Source of the DNA: Negativicutes bacterium | GTDB lineage: Bacteria > Bacillota > Negativicutes > UBA1444 | DNA length: 64,000 nucleotides | Assembly: GCA_963665275.2 (NCBI GenBank) | Contig: CAXXIN010000007.1 | Coordinates: 480,001 to 544,000 of the forward strand | Direction: 5' to 3' | In this document: one piece after another, positions 27,935-38,706 of the stretch | How the letters are laid out: the number at the start of each line of letters is the position of its first letter | How positions within the stretch are numbered: position 1 is the stretch's first letter | Translations under genes and position numbers: made by a program | Notes under the pieces: generated by a model | Seen by the model: only the letters and a program-made list of their open reading frames with translations | Database searches by the model: none | Told to the model about the DNA's origin: nothing

Positions 27935-28969
27935 TTACTTCTTTCCCTGCAGCGTATCAGTAAACTTTTTGATCGTCGTTTCTTTGGAAGCCATCATTTT
28001 GATATAGTCAATCTTGATGGAGCGCTTCAACGCTTCAGCAGCATCGGGAAGTTTCAATTTCTCCGGCGACTTCACCTCAGGCCGCACCGAAAGCGTACCC
28101 TCGTTTGCAATGAGGGTCTGCGCCTCTTTGCCTAGAAGATAGTCGACGAATTTCTTGGCTGCATCCAGGTTCGCGCTACCTTTCATAATCGCTACCGGGC
28201 TAGGTGCGACCAAGAGTTCCGGCGGGTAGTAAAGAGCAATGTGCGCGCCCTTCTTAATCTTGTCATAGGTTATGTAATCAACGGCAAGGCTGGCGGCAAG
28301 TTCGCCTGAGGCGGTGTCGTCAACGACCTGGCCGGATCCCTTGCCGATTCTGGCCTGATTGTCGTGCAGCTTATCAAAGAACTCCCACCCGAATTGCTTT
28401 TCAAGTAACGCAACGCTCATGTAGGCCGTTCCGGAAAGAGCGGGGTCGGCTATACCGAAAGCCTTTTTGTATTCCGGTTTGAACAGATCTGCCCACTGCG
28501 CGGGAGGAGTCTTGATTTTATCTGTATTAATGGCAATACCGAGGGTTCCGAGACGGGCTGCGGTAAAATACCCGTCATAGTCTTCAAACGGATTCAAGAC
28601 CTCTTTAATGACAGGTGTCTTGTATTGTTCCAAAAGTCCCTCTTTCTTCATACTGTAGAAATCGGGAACTTCGCTTGTCCAGATAATATCAGCCAAGATT
28701 TTGCCGCTCTGCCGTTCTGCGGCAATCTTAGCCATTAGCTTGCCGGCGCCGGCAGACTGATAATCGACTTCGATGCCAGGGTTCTGCTTTTTAAAACCTT
28801 CCACGATTCCGCCGATGAGCGATTCCTTCATGGATGTGTAGATGATGAGTTTCTTGCCGCCGGCAGCCGGTGCACCGGGCGCTGCCGCTTTCTTATCGCC
28901 GCCGCAACCTGCGAGCAGGAGACTGCACAACATGACGATGGCTAACAAAAGAATACTTTTTTTACTCAT
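27935..28969 (-). CDS. ABC transporter substrate-binding lipoprotein (AfuA/FbpA/thiamine-like family)
   Basis: Lipobox LLAGC, IYTS, ADPALSGTAY, AAKKFVDYLL. Confidence 0.9.
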   Translation of the reverse strand: MSKKSILLLAIVMLCSLLLAGCGGDKKAAAPGAPAAGGKKLIIYTSMKESLIGGIVEGFKKQNPGIEVDYQSAGAGKLMAKIAAERQSGKILADIIWTSEVPDFYSMKKEGLLEQYKTPVIKEVLNPFEDYDGYFTAARLGTLGIAINTDKIKTPPAQWADLFKPEYKKAFGIADPALSGTAYMSVALLEKQFGWEFFDKLHDNQARIGKGSGQVVDDTASGELAASLAVDYITYDKIKKGAHIALYYPPELLVAPSPVAIMKGSANLDAAKKFVDYLLGKEAQTLIANEGTLSVRPEVKSPEKLKLPDAAEALKRSIKIDYIKMMASKETTIKKFTDTLQGKK

Positions 28970-28998
28970 TCCCCAAAAACCTCCCTGTATTTGAACTA

Positions 28999-29052
28999 TT
29001 ATGGTTTTTGTATAAGCCGTTCTCCTTCAGGTCTTATCATAAAGGCACTCAT
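28999..29052 (-). CDS. Possible 17-aa leader peptide MSAFMIRPEGERLIQKP
   Basis: Strong RBS aagggagg upstream of the ATG; lies in the operon leader. Confidence 0.3.
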   Translation of the reverse strand: MSAFMIRPEGERLIQKP

Positions 29053-29248
29053 AACGAAAAAACCTCCCTTCTGGATTTTCTGAAGAACAACGGCAATCAT
29101 TTTTTGCGGTGCCGGAAAACGCCGGTTTGATGCATATAGCGTGTCACTCATAATATTATACACGAATATTGCGAATTTTCGCCAATATAATGTCAATAAA
29201 CAAGAGAATGAGCGAGGATTCTATAAAGTCAAATGTTTGTAGCGCAAT

Positions 29249-30508
29249 TTATTTGAAAACTGTCAGATCGCTCTGGTTAATCAGTTTGCCAATCGCTTTT
29301 TTCGCTTTGGCATCCAGATGCAACCCATCAGTGCCCCAGTACGGAGGAAGCATGCCGCGACTGTCGACAAACAGGGGAGCTACGTCCAGATGTGGCAAAT
29401 TTTCCAGAATATAGCGATTCACTTTTTGCATTTCCGTTTGCCATCCAGGATCGGAGTTTTCTCTAAATACCTGCTTAATCCTGTCGGGATTGATTGGCGG
29501 CAACGTCAGGAAAACAGGCGTAATTTTGTTCCGGCGGCATTTCCCGGCGAGCTGCGCCAGCTCGCTTACCACCTCGTCAGCCTTGGTCCCGCCGCGCAAA
29601 CTATTCGTCCCTGTCAGGATGATCAACATCCGGGGCGCGAACGGTATGACATCCCTCTCGAACCGCTCCAGGCTGGCGGCAGACGTGTCACCGCTTCGCG
29701 CGAGATTGAGCGCCGGAGTCTTCAGATAAGCATGCAGGCTGTAAGTGAAATCGGACGGAGCATTGGAAATCGCTCCACCGCCGTGCATGATGCTGTCACC
29801 ATATATGCCCAGGGCAAACTGTCGCGACACCGAGCGGAGGGTAAATTCCTCCCGGTCGGAAAACTGCCCGATCGGCTGACCATTTTGTGCTATCGCCTGT
29901 ACCCGCCAAGAAAATTTGCCAATTCGCGGCGTCTCATCATAAACGTCGGCAGTCAGGCTCCCTTTGACTTCCCACGTCTGTACCAGTTTGCTTTTCCGCT
30001 CCGAAGATGACCCCGTTCCCGTTTCCTGATACAGTTCCACTTTGTAATGGTCGGCGCCGTGCACCGGAATCCAGGCATAGACAGGATAGAGTATCGGAGT
30101 AACTTTTGACCATTGCGTAGTAGTCACAGGGCGAAAGGTTTGAAAACTGTGCGGGGTTTTGACGGCAATCGCCACCGGCGCTGTCCATTCGTTCAGCGCT
30201 TTCTTGTCATAATCAAGCGACCTCACCCGATAGAAAAGAGTCTCCCCTATCCACGAACTCAAATCTGGCTGGAATCCAGCCGAATATACCTTCGTTGAAT
30301 GAAAAACAATTTGCTTGGCTGCAAAATCAGCAGTTTTGGCAATATCCAGTTCATACATCACAGCGTCAGGAAATCCCGCCCACTGCAACACCGGTTGGCT
30401 GCTGACCACCTTCGCCGCAGAAGGGATGGCCGCAGCTGGCGCAGCCAGCGCTTCCCCCTGCAACAAGATCAAACTGGTTAACACCCATAGAACAAACAGC
30501 TTTCTCAC
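29249..30508 (-). CDS. Secreted SGNH/GDSL hydrolase with N-terminal FN3-like beta domains
   Basis: Signal peptide; GDSIMHG, NLARSGD, GTNS, DGLH. Confidence 0.85.
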   Translation of the reverse strand: MRKLFVLWVLTSLILLQGEALAAPAAAIPSAAKVVSSQPVLQWAGFPDAVMYELDIAKTADFAAKQIVFHSTKVYSAGFQPDLSSWIGETLFYRVRSLDYDKKALNEWTAPVAIAVKTPHSFQTFRPVTTTQWSKVTPILYPVYAWIPVHGADHYKVELYQETGTGSSSERKSKLVQTWEVKGSLTADVYDETPRIGKFSWRVQAIAQNGQPIGQFSDREEFTLRSVSRQFALGIYGDSIMHGGGAISNAPSDFTYSLHAYLKTPALNLARSGDTSAASLERFERDVIPFAPRMLIILTGTNSLRGGTKADEVVSELAQLAGKCRRNKITPVFLTLPPINPDRIKQVFRENSDPGWQTEMQKVNRYILENLPHLDVAPLFVDSRGMLPPYWGTDGLHLDAKAKKAIGKLINQSDLTVFK

Positions 30509-30541
30509 AAACGTCGCCTACTTTTCCATTAAGAATATTCC

Positions 30542-31543
30542 TTATCGCAAGATGTCATGATTGATTTTGGTATAGAACTTCCTTTTTATTTCGTCAATGT
30601 CGCGAGTTTCAGCTGTGATCCACATCAACTTGGTTATGGCAGCTTCTACCGTCATATCAAAAGCCTGAAGGACATACGCATGATTGATTGCGCGAAATCC
30701 TACCTCATAGACCTCAGCATCGCTGCCCTCCAACATGACTTGCGATGCGATCACGACGACCTTGCCTTTTTGATCCATCATGGCAAGTTTGTCCAAAAAA
30801 TTACGTTTCTTATTAAAGGGAATACCCCCAACTCCGTAACTCTCAATAACCACTCCGTCATAATGCTCTCCAATATAGTCGAGAATGTCGGGTTCCATTC
30901 CCGGAACTAATTTGAGCAAAAATATTTTTGGATTCAACTTGTTCCAGAAGCTCGGCGTCTCATCAGCGGATTTCTCCTCAAAATAATGGGTGATCTTGCT
31001 ATCATCGATAAAAGCAGCGACAGGGTAGTTAATACTTTCAAAAGCCTGGAAACTCTTTGATCTGACTTTTCTGGCTCTCGTGCCAACTATCGCCTTCCCG
31101 TCGAACACAATATATATCCCTTTTACATGTGGATCGGCAGCAAAACGAATACTATCCAACAGATTTTTTTTGGCATCAGTTATCGCCGCATTAATAGGCT
31201 TCTGCGATCCGGTAAGAACAATCGGCTTTTGGGGCTGCTGAATCAGGTACGACAAAGCAGCCGCCGTATAGGCCATCGTATCTGTGCCGTGGGCAATCAC
31301 AAATCCATCATAATTTTCATACTCCGACTGGATTGCCGCAGCGATGCCGATCCAGTCTTCCGGCTGAATATTAGTGCTATCGATATTCAGAATTTGTCGG
31401 GTATCGATGCTACAATACTTTTCATACTCCGGCACGAACGCCAAAAGATCTTCTGGAATACTTTGAGGGGCAAGCCCGTCTACGGTCTTCTTGGATGCGA
31501 TCGTCCCGCCCGTCGCCAGTAATAGAATTTTTTTCATCTTCAT
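30542..31543 (-). CDS. ansA: L-asparaginase type I
   Basis: ATGGTIAS, HGTDTMAYT, LTGSQKP, DMTVEAAITKL. Confidence 0.93.
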   Translation of the reverse strand: MKMKKILLLATGGTIASKKTVDGLAPQSIPEDLLAFVPEYEKYCSIDTRQILNIDSTNIQPEDWIGIAAAIQSEYENYDGFVIAHGTDTMAYTAAALSYLIQQPQKPIVLTGSQKPINAAITDAKKNLLDSIRFAADPHVKGIYIVFDGKAIVGTRARKVRSKSFQAFESINYPVAAFIDDSKITHYFEEKSADETPSFWNKLNPKIFLLKLVPGMEPDILDYIGEHYDGVVIESYGVGGIPFNKKRNFLDKLAMMDQKGKVVVIASQVMLEGSDAEVYEVGFRAINHAYVLQAFDMTVEAAITKLMWITAETRDIDEIKRKFYTKINHDILR

Positions 31544-31554
31544 ATCCTTGCAAG

Positions 31555-32679
31555 TTATTGTTTCTTTTTAGCCACATACATCAGTTTATCAATGTACTGG
31601 AAAAATTCATCTGCCGTCATTTTCCCCTTCGGTTCATGAACAGCATAGCCCATAGCCAAGTCAATCAAGTAAGGTTTGGTATTTTCCTTGTTAAACCGTT
31701 CAACGTTATCCTTGATTCGTTGTACTGTTTGTTCAAGCGTTTCGCGGTTATCAATATCCATGATTACCATAAACTCATCACCACCATATCTTGCAACAAA
31801 GTCATCCTGCCGTAAACTGCCAGAGATGATCTGCACAGCGTCCTTAAGAGCTTCGTCGCCTATATCGTGGCCAAAGCGGTCGTTAATTTTTTTAAAATCG
31901 TTCAAGTCAATCAAAATAGCTGAGAACGCAGCACCATTAATACTGTTTTTGATTTTTGCTGTGATATAGCCGTCTAGCTGACGGCGATTACAAATACCCG
32001 TAAGATAATCAGTATTAAGACCACGATTCTGGATATTAAAATATACGATTAAAAGAGACAGCATCAGCCCTGACCAGTTATAGGAAACTCCATAATGGGT
32101 CATCTGTAGGGTTGTGCCGATGGACATCGGTACAAAAAACAAGAGTAATGAAAAAAAGTAGCGTTTTTCTAATAATTCTCGGTTACAGAGTACAAAAACA
32201 AAAGCGTATATAACAAGCAAATAGCAAAAAGCCACATGAACAAGGAAATAAGGCCCACGGTGATAGATATTTAGACTATCGACTGAAAAAAACCAACCCG
32301 TTTGCAGGCTGACAATCGAAAAAACCGCATTTATTAAACACAAAACAAGCAAACTGTATGCTAACGACTTCACCTTAGCCGGATCCTTATATACCTGATA
32401 ATTGGTATATAGTATCCAAAACGCAGGAGCAAGTGGCTCAAAGATATACAGCGCCAAGTTGGAATATTGATTGAGTATAAGGTTGTGTTGCCCAGGCAGT
32501 CCGTTGAATACCCACCCTAGGGTATCAATGCCAATCATCACCATGTTGGTCAATAACAGCGCCATAAACAATCGGTAGTGCAAAAACACCTTTTCCGAAC
32601 GGTTGTAAGCATTGACACAGACAAAAAACAAAACCAGGAATGATAGTATGCTGGAATCAAGTGTTTCTAATCGCGGCAT
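31555..32679 (-). CDS. Membrane-bound diguanylate cyclase
   Basis: About 7 TM N-terminus; DYLTG, FKKINDRFGH, RQDD I-site, GGDEF. Confidence 0.92.
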   Translation of the reverse strand: MPRLETLDSSILSFLVLFFVCVNAYNRSEKVFLHYRLFMALLLTNMVMIGIDTLGWVFNGLPGQHNLILNQYSNLALYIFEPLAPAFWILYTNYQVYKDPAKVKSLAYSLLVLCLINAVFSIVSLQTGWFFSVDSLNIYHRGPYFLVHVAFCYLLVIYAFVFVLCNRELLEKRYFFSLLLFFVPMSIGTTLQMTHYGVSYNWSGLMLSLLIVYFNIQNRGLNTDYLTGICNRRQLDGYITAKIKNSINGAAFSAILIDLNDFKKINDRFGHDIGDEALKDAVQIISGSLRQDDFVARYGGDEFMVIMDIDNRETLEQTVQRIKDNVERFNKENTKPYLIDLAMGYAVHEPKGKMTADEFFQYIDKLMYVAKKKQ

Positions 32680-32796
32680 AGACTACCTCAAAAATAAATA
32701 GTTCACTAAACCCTATACCTTGTTATATTACATCATCAACTGCGATTTTCCTTCGAACCTTTATTGTAAATCTCAACCCCAACAGGTTCAGGGTCT

Positions 32797-33915
32797 TTAC
32801 TTCAACCCGTCCGCAAGCCTGTCGACGAACTCCTGCCATGGGAATTGCGCGCCGGGGCAATCAGTGTCAACATTCACCGCCCGATGTGGCCGCACTCGTT
32901 CCAGTGGAACCCGGTATTTTTTCATGAGCTCCAGAGTCAATCGCGCCGCAGCCTCCAGTTGGATCGGATCTGGCCGAACTTTGCCAAAATCCCCCACCAA
33001 TACGATGCCAAGGCTACGTTGGTTGGTCCCGAACGCGTGAGCGCCAACCATCTCTTCAGGCCGTCCATTCTCTATCAGGCCGTTGGCAAAGACCAATTTT
33101 TGATAGCCAACCCCTGCCCATCCGTTGTTTAAGTGCAATTCATGAATGTCAGCCAGCGAGGTATCGGTCGGCATGGCTGCATGGTGAATAACGATAAGAT
33201 CTGTTTTCTTCCGTGGAGTTAGTCGCTCGGAAAAATACAGTTGAGGCAAAAAATAATTGTCCACTCTTTGCCACGTTCCGTCTGCCGGATACTTCCCAAT
33301 TTCTCCGTTGAATTGGCACCCTATAGCCCTTCCACGCTTCATCAGTTCCTTGATTGCCCCCGGAGAAATCTCGGCAATTTCGAACCCTTTGATTTTCGAA
33401 TGCATGTTGACACAGGTCTTGTCATCATCTGCAAGAACGAAGCGGATCCATCGTTCAGACTGCGCATTTTTGCTGATCCTGACAGCTAGCTGGTCCCGCG
33501 GATAGCTCCTGATGATTGCTGTCGTACTGTCCTTTGCCGTAATTGCCGTATACACTTCAGGGAAATATTGTCCAAAATTCCTGATTTTCAAATTACCATC
33601 TACTAGAAGAGTCGCTCTCGTTACTCGGTCCTTTTTGTCGTATTCGATCCATATCGTAGCATTCATGCCTTGAATTGGAAACGGATACCCATAAGCTTTC
33701 GCCATCACCTGTGCCTTGTTTTGCTCTGTCCATTGCCTGTCCGTCCAGAAGCGAGCGTCATCTCCCTGCACTGCGTATGCTGGACCATATCGCAACTCAA
33801 CTTCGCCTTTGGCATCACCGATAGCAGGCAACGGTGATGCGGAAATCGTTTGAATTGATCCCACAGCAAACATACAGGCCACTCCCAGCAAAGCGATTAG
33901 TTTTCTGAAACACAT
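32797..33915 (-). CDS. Secreted protein with C-terminal N-acetylmuramoyl-L-alanine amidase (Amidase_2/PGRP-like); start uncertain
   Basis: IVIHH, GWAGVGY, GRP...GAHA.G.N..SLGI...GDF, PHR...TDCPG. Confidence 0.85.
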   Translation of the reverse strand: MCFRKLIALLGVACMFAVGSIQTISASPLPAIGDAKGEVELRYGPAYAVQGDDARFWTDRQWTEQNKAQVMAKAYGYPFPIQGMNATIWIEYDKKDRVTRATLLVDGNLKIRNFGQYFPEVYTAITAKDSTTAIIRSYPRDQLAVRISKNAQSERWIRFVLADDDKTCVNMHSKIKGFEIAEISPGAIKELMKRGRAIGCQFNGEIGKYPADGTWQRVDNYFLPQLYFSERLTPRKKTDLIVIHHAAMPTDTSLADIHELHLNNGWAGVGYQKLVFANGLIENGRPEEMVGAHAFGTNQRSLGIVLVGDFGKVRPDPIQLEAAARLTLELMKKYRVPLERVRPHRAVNVDTDCPGAQFPWQEFVDRLADGLK

Positions 33916-34143
33916 TGATTTTCCACACAGCCTTTCCAAATAGTGCATACTTGATTTTCCCATGTTGTTTTGCATGTGCGAACGCCATATCGGCCTTATG
34001 TTCGCAAGCAGTTTCGATAGAATCACGAAGAATCAAAAATCGCCCGAACCACAGTCCAGGCGAACTTGACTTACTAATTCGTGGTATAGCTAAGGTACTT
34101 GGCAACGCCCAGTCAACTTCCCTGAGGATCGACTTCAAGTTTT

Positions 34144-35955
34144 CTATTCGTCCTGTGAGAAAACCACTACCGTGTATGGGCCGATACCGATTGCGCCGGA
34201 GCAGGGCAGCCCATCGAATTCTTCCGGGTGAGCTTCCACGTCAGGAGTAGGATGATTGGCAAAAGCGGGGTCGTAGTTGTAGGAGTCGCTGTTAAACCGG
34301 GTTTTCCACCATCCGGATCGGGGAAAGCCTATGGTATAACCATCGCAGTAATGATTCGTCATATTCACTACCACAACGACACTGTCGGCAGGCCCGCCTT
34401 TGTCCCAGCGATGGAAAGCGAGGACCTTATCCTTTTCATCAAAATGAAAGATATGAATATTCTGGCCGCACAATCCCCGAGTCATACCCGGCAGATTTCG
34501 CCGCAAGGCGATCAGATCTCGATACATTCCAAGGATACCATGTTCGTCCTGGACCCGGGACCAGTCGATGGGTTCTTTATCCTGGAACCAGCGATCTTCC
34601 AACAGCTCCTGCCCTTCGAATATCATCGGGATGCCGGGCGAAGTAAGAACCAAGGCTCCCCCAAGAGTAGAACGTTTCTTGGAAAACCAGCTATCCACTT
34701 TGCCTGGCCAAATCTCTTCAGGCACGCGGGACCGTCCATTGGCGACTTCGTCGTGCGACTCGGTAAAGATGACGCGCCGAAACGCGTCCAAATCGTAGCG
34801 ATATTCGATCGCCCTGCTGACTGCCGTCAAGTCGCGGGCAGCATCCTTCGGGGTGATTATCGCCTTGCGAACGGGGTTAACAAATTCGCTGTCCCATTGC
34901 GCATTGAAACCTGCGCCGCCTGCCGCTACATCTTTAACAACCAGCGCGATATTGTGCATCCCTTCGGCGATGCTGATTTTACCGGGAAAACGTTTTTGGA
35001 TTTCAGAATTTATCCACTGCATCAGGTTCCAGCCTTCGGGAATATCCTCATTAGGATCTTCACTGCCCTCGATATTCCGGATAAAGGGGATGGCATCCCA
35101 GCGCAAGCCGTCGGCATGGTACTCCTCAAACCACATTATTGCATTATCGCATATGTACTGGCGCACTTCGTTCCGACCATAATCGGGCCGAGTGTCGCCC
35201 CAAGGCGTATGAGAGCGGCGATCATTATAAAAGTAAATCCCACCCTTCTCATTTTCGCTCCAACCGTCAAACTGCCACAAATCAAGATCAGAGGGACCAA
35301 AGTGATTATAAACCACATCCACGATGACCGCGATTCCATGCTCGTGGGCCTCTTTAACAAATTGCTTGAAGGCGTCCGGCCCTCCGTAAATGCTCTCAAC
35401 GGCAAAGGGATGGACCGGATTGTAGCCCCATGAAAAGTCGCCTGGAAACTCTGCAATTGGCAACACTTCTACAGCATTGATCCCCAGTTTTTGAAGATAG
35501 AGCAATTTTTCCCTGGCACTGTCGAACGTTCCCGGGCGGCCCTTTTCTTTGACGTTAAAGGTGCCGACATGCATCTCGTAAATGACAAGTTCATTTCCAG
35601 TGGCCATCTGAAAATTATTGTCCCCCCAGTCGAAGGCTTGGGAGTCATAGATCACTCCATTGCCGATTGAACTGGTGACTTTTCTGGCATAAGGGTCAAT
35701 GCGGGAAATGGGGCCTTGGAGGCCACTAATCATGTACCGATATTCGTCTCCGACTTTTGCCTCTGGTATATCAGATGACCAATACCCGTTCTCCTCTCGA
35801 TTCAAAACTGTTGATGTTTTGTTCCAGTCATTGAAGGTTCCTATCACATAAATTTCTTTTGCATGAGGCGCCCATACGCGAAACGTTATCCCTTTTGCAC
35901 CGGGGACGGCGCCCATACCCAGCTGTTTTATCTCGGCATTTGTTTTTTTCGGCAT
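34144..35955 (-). CDS. GH13 alpha-amylase-family enzyme with CBM48 (branching enzyme/TreZ-like)
   Basis: FRVWAPHA, DPYAR, IYEMHVGTF, SWGYNP, DVVYNH, DGLRWDA, IAE, ESHDE. Confidence 0.9.
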   Translation of the reverse strand: MPKKTNAEIKQLGMGAVPGAKGITFRVWAPHAKEIYVIGTFNDWNKTSTVLNREENGYWSSDIPEAKVGDEYRYMISGLQGPISRIDPYARKVTSSIGNGVIYDSQAFDWGDNNFQMATGNELVIYEMHVGTFNVKEKGRPGTFDSAREKLLYLQKLGINAVEVLPIAEFPGDFSWGYNPVHPFAVESIYGGPDAFKQFVKEAHEHGIAVIVDVVYNHFGPSDLDLWQFDGWSENEKGGIYFYNDRRSHTPWGDTRPDYGRNEVRQYICDNAIMWFEEYHADGLRWDAIPFIRNIEGSEDPNEDIPEGWNLMQWINSEIQKRFPGKISIAEGMHNIALVVKDVAAGGAGFNAQWDSEFVNPVRKAIITPKDAARDLTAVSRAIEYRYDLDAFRRVIFTESHDEVANGRSRVPEEIWPGKVDSWFSKKRSTLGGALVLTSPGIPMIFEGQELLEDRWFQDKEPIDWSRVQDEHGILGMYRDLIALRRNLPGMTRGLCGQNIHIFHFDEKDKVLAFHRWDKGGPADSVVVVVNMTNHYCDGYTIGFPRSGWWKTRFNSDSYNYDPAFANHPTPDVEAHPEEFDGLPCSGAIGIGPYTVVVFSQDE

Positions 35956-36149
35956 TCATTTCTCCCCCTTTTTGTTTACGGAACTCCGGATTATTTGGGG
36001 GCTAGTGAGCTATTACAGATACTTAATATTTCCTTACCGTTTTGTAAACTCCTTCATATTTTCGCGTATTCACATATTTTCGAGCCGCCGCATGCCCCTG
36101 TCAACGGCAATGATAAAATGCAAAATTAGACTGGCGTTGACACAAAATT

Positions 36150-38606
36150 TCAGTTGTCCCCAAATGCCTGTTTTAATTTAAGGGCCATTCCCAATGAAAG
36201 TTTTGTTTCAAAATCTTCTAGTGATACGTTCAATACTTCTTCAATTCGCCTTTTCCGATATAGAACAGTTTGTCTATGAACGTACAATTGCTTCGCAACT
36301 TCTGATAGGTTATCAGTTTGCAATATTTTTATTAACGTGTCCATCAGTACTGTTCCAAAGGTTTGATCATATTTTTCTAGTTTACCTAGCGTCCGTTTCA
36401 TAAAATCGTTTACATATTCATCATCATTCATGTCAGGGAAAAACTGGAACACCCCAATATCCAAATAGTGATGAACTATTCGGCCTGGATTGATTTTTCC
36501 TCCCAAGGCAACTGCAGTGCAAGCTTGTTTATATAGCTTAGCTAAGAACCAAAAAGTATTGGCATGATATTCAGCGATCCCCATTCTATATTTAAGTAAT
36601 GGAGCATATTTGCGCATAATTTTTTGCCATTGTTCTGCCTGTTGCAACTCTTCCGCCTGATTCTGATGTGTAGAAGGGTCAATTGGAGATAGCAGAGCAA
36701 TGCCTTCCGCACATTCCCAGGCAATGACCCCCTTGTAGTCAGTAAATGCGCATAGAACGCCATCAACTATTTTCTGGAGATTTCTTTGTATCTTCTTGTC
36801 TAAGGCAGTTTCATCCTTTTTAGGTGCTATCAATCCAATTAAATAGAAAGAAAAATCCGGTGATAAATCTATGTTAACGTGCCTAGCTTGGTCTAAAACT
36901 TCTTGCGAAGGCGTAAGTTTTTCAAGCAATAAGTCATTTAACAAATCGCGCTGACATCGCTTTTCATAGATCAATTCCAACATCTTTTTCGTGCGGCTTT
37001 GATCTGTTACATCGGTCCAAAAACATGCTACGGTTGTTCGGTTTTCCCTGTAATAACTTAACGGTGCAATGCGAACTTCAAACTGTCTCATGCTTTCCGT
37101 TAAATTGAGTATACATTCATGAAATTGCAGCATTTTTTTATTCAGTGCCTGATTAATATTTTCGATAAGCCGCTGCGACTCAACTGCCGGTAATACGCAA
37201 GAAAGGCTTTGACCGGGCCAAGTGGTTTCGGATGTCTCCCCCAACAATTGATTATCGTCAAATACGTCGATAATAATTCCGGTTTCATCGACTATCATCC
37301 CGGCGCCTGGGATTGTGCGTGAAAATTCCCGCAATCGGAGAATAGCATCCCTATCTGCTTTCTCCAAGACCCTTTGTTGTGTAATATCATCCACTCTACC
37401 TACAATTTCACGAAGGTCCCCATCGGCATTTTTAAGTAAAGAGGCGGTTATCCGCATTAATCGTTTGGGTTTATTTGGAATATTTACCACTATTTCTTCG
37501 CTAACACACTGGTCACTAATTTGATCAATAAGCAAAAACGCATAGAATTTTTTCTTAATTCTTTTAACCTCTTCTGGATCGGAATGTGAAAACAACGCAT
37601 TATAAGAGTGTTCTTCTATGTTTTGGGGACTAAGATTGAATAACGTTAGAACCCCTTCTGAACAAGTAAACTTTTTTGTTAACAAGTTCATTTTCCAACT
37701 TCCTGTTTGGCCGAGTTTTTCTGCTTCCATGAGTTGACGCTTTACTTCATGCTGCTCGGAAATATCCATAATGACTACGATGATTTTTTCGATTTGTCCA
37801 TTGTCAAAAAATATTGGCTTATATATGCCGTAAGCCCAATAATCTTTTCCTGAACCTCCCACTTTGCAATAGTCCAAAAAATCTACATTCTCACCCTGAA
37901 GGCATTCGGCAAAGATCTGTTCGTGCTTGGCATAGATTTCGAGTGGCAGAGCTTCGCTGAAATGGTGTCCACGGATTTTTTTTTGATCAAGGTTTAGCTC
38001 ATTTGCATAGCGTTGATTGACGTAGAGAAAGTTTCCATATGTATCCAAACAACTTAGACAACAGGGCGCTGAATCCAAAACAGATTGTAAGAATCGTTCC
38101 CTTTCGTCAATTTGATTGTACATGCTCAGTAATTCTTTTTCGTGTTTTAGCGCTTGACTGATGCCAATTGCCTCGACTTTGCCATCAGCCCGGTAAAAAA
38201 GGCAACCGGCTATTTTTGTCCTTATAGGTATTCCTTTGCGTTGCAGTTGTTCAACGATTTTGACAAAGCGAAGTTCTTTATTGGGAGAACTGGCTAGGGT
38301 TTTTAGCCATGTTGGGATACTATCCCTGAGTTTGTCATAAGATGACGGGGTTAGGACATCGCATATAGGCCGACCTATAATGTCATTTGTCATATAGCCG
38401 CTTACGGATTCAATTGATGAACTAACTTCGAGCACTGTCATTGTTTCTATATCACAGCGCCAAGTTACATGGTGAAGCAAGTCGGTCATCATGATGTTGT
38501 AGATTTGCTGATGCTTCCTTTCATCTGATAGAATAGCGCTATTTAAAGCACCTGGATTATGCGATCTAGCAGCCATTACACAAATCACCATACTCTCCCA
38601 TATCAA
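36150..38606 (-). CDS. Multi-PAS PucR/CdaR-family transcriptional regulator
   Basis: Several PAS-like segments (YVNQRYA, GSWKMN, FEVRIAP) and C-terminal LMDTL...AKQLYVHRQTVLYRKRRIEE HTH. Confidence 0.85.
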   Translation of the reverse strand: MIWESMVICVMAARSHNPGALNSAILSDERKHQQIYNIMMTDLLHHVTWRCDIETMTVLEVSSSIESVSGYMTNDIIGRPICDVLTPSSYDKLRDSIPTWLKTLASSPNKELRFVKIVEQLQRKGIPIRTKIAGCLFYRADGKVEAIGISQALKHEKELLSMYNQIDERERFLQSVLDSAPCCLSCLDTYGNFLYVNQRYANELNLDQKKIRGHHFSEALPLEIYAKHEQIFAECLQGENVDFLDYCKVGGSGKDYWAYGIYKPIFFDNGQIEKIIVVIMDISEQHEVKRQLMEAEKLGQTGSWKMNLLTKKFTCSEGVLTLFNLSPQNIEEHSYNALFSHSDPEEVKRIKKKFYAFLLIDQISDQCVSEEIVVNIPNKPKRLMRITASLLKNADGDLREIVGRVDDITQQRVLEKADRDAILRLREFSRTIPGAGMIVDETGIIIDVFDDNQLLGETSETTWPGQSLSCVLPAVESQRLIENINQALNKKMLQFHECILNLTESMRQFEVRIAPLSYYRENRTTVACFWTDVTDQSRTKKMLELIYEKRCQRDLLNDLLLEKLTPSQEVLDQARHVNIDLSPDFSFYLIGLIAPKKDETALDKKIQRNLQKIVDGVLCAFTDYKGVIAWECAEGIALLSPIDPSTHQNQAEELQQAEQWQKIMRKYAPLLKYRMGIAEYHANTFWFLAKLYKQACTAVALGGKINPGRIVHHYLDIGVFQFFPDMNDDEYVNDFMKRTLGKLEKYDQTFGTVLMDTLIKILQTDNLSEVAKQLYVHRQTVLYRKRRIEEVLNVSLEDFETKLSLGMALKLKQAFGDN

Positions 38607-38706
38607 CGAACCAACATTACGGTTTCTTCTTTATACAATTCGCGCTTCAGAGGCATTTGTCCTTTTCTGCCTGCTTGACTTTTCACAGCAGGTCTATTTT
38701 ACACAA

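Noticed and set aside
34228-35433. 401-aa plus-strand ORF (also 1062-1646, 3404-4204, 5331-6374, 7018-7716, 26777-27553, 47607-48601)
   Set aside because: Antisense shadows of well-supported minus-strand genes, with no recognisable motifs
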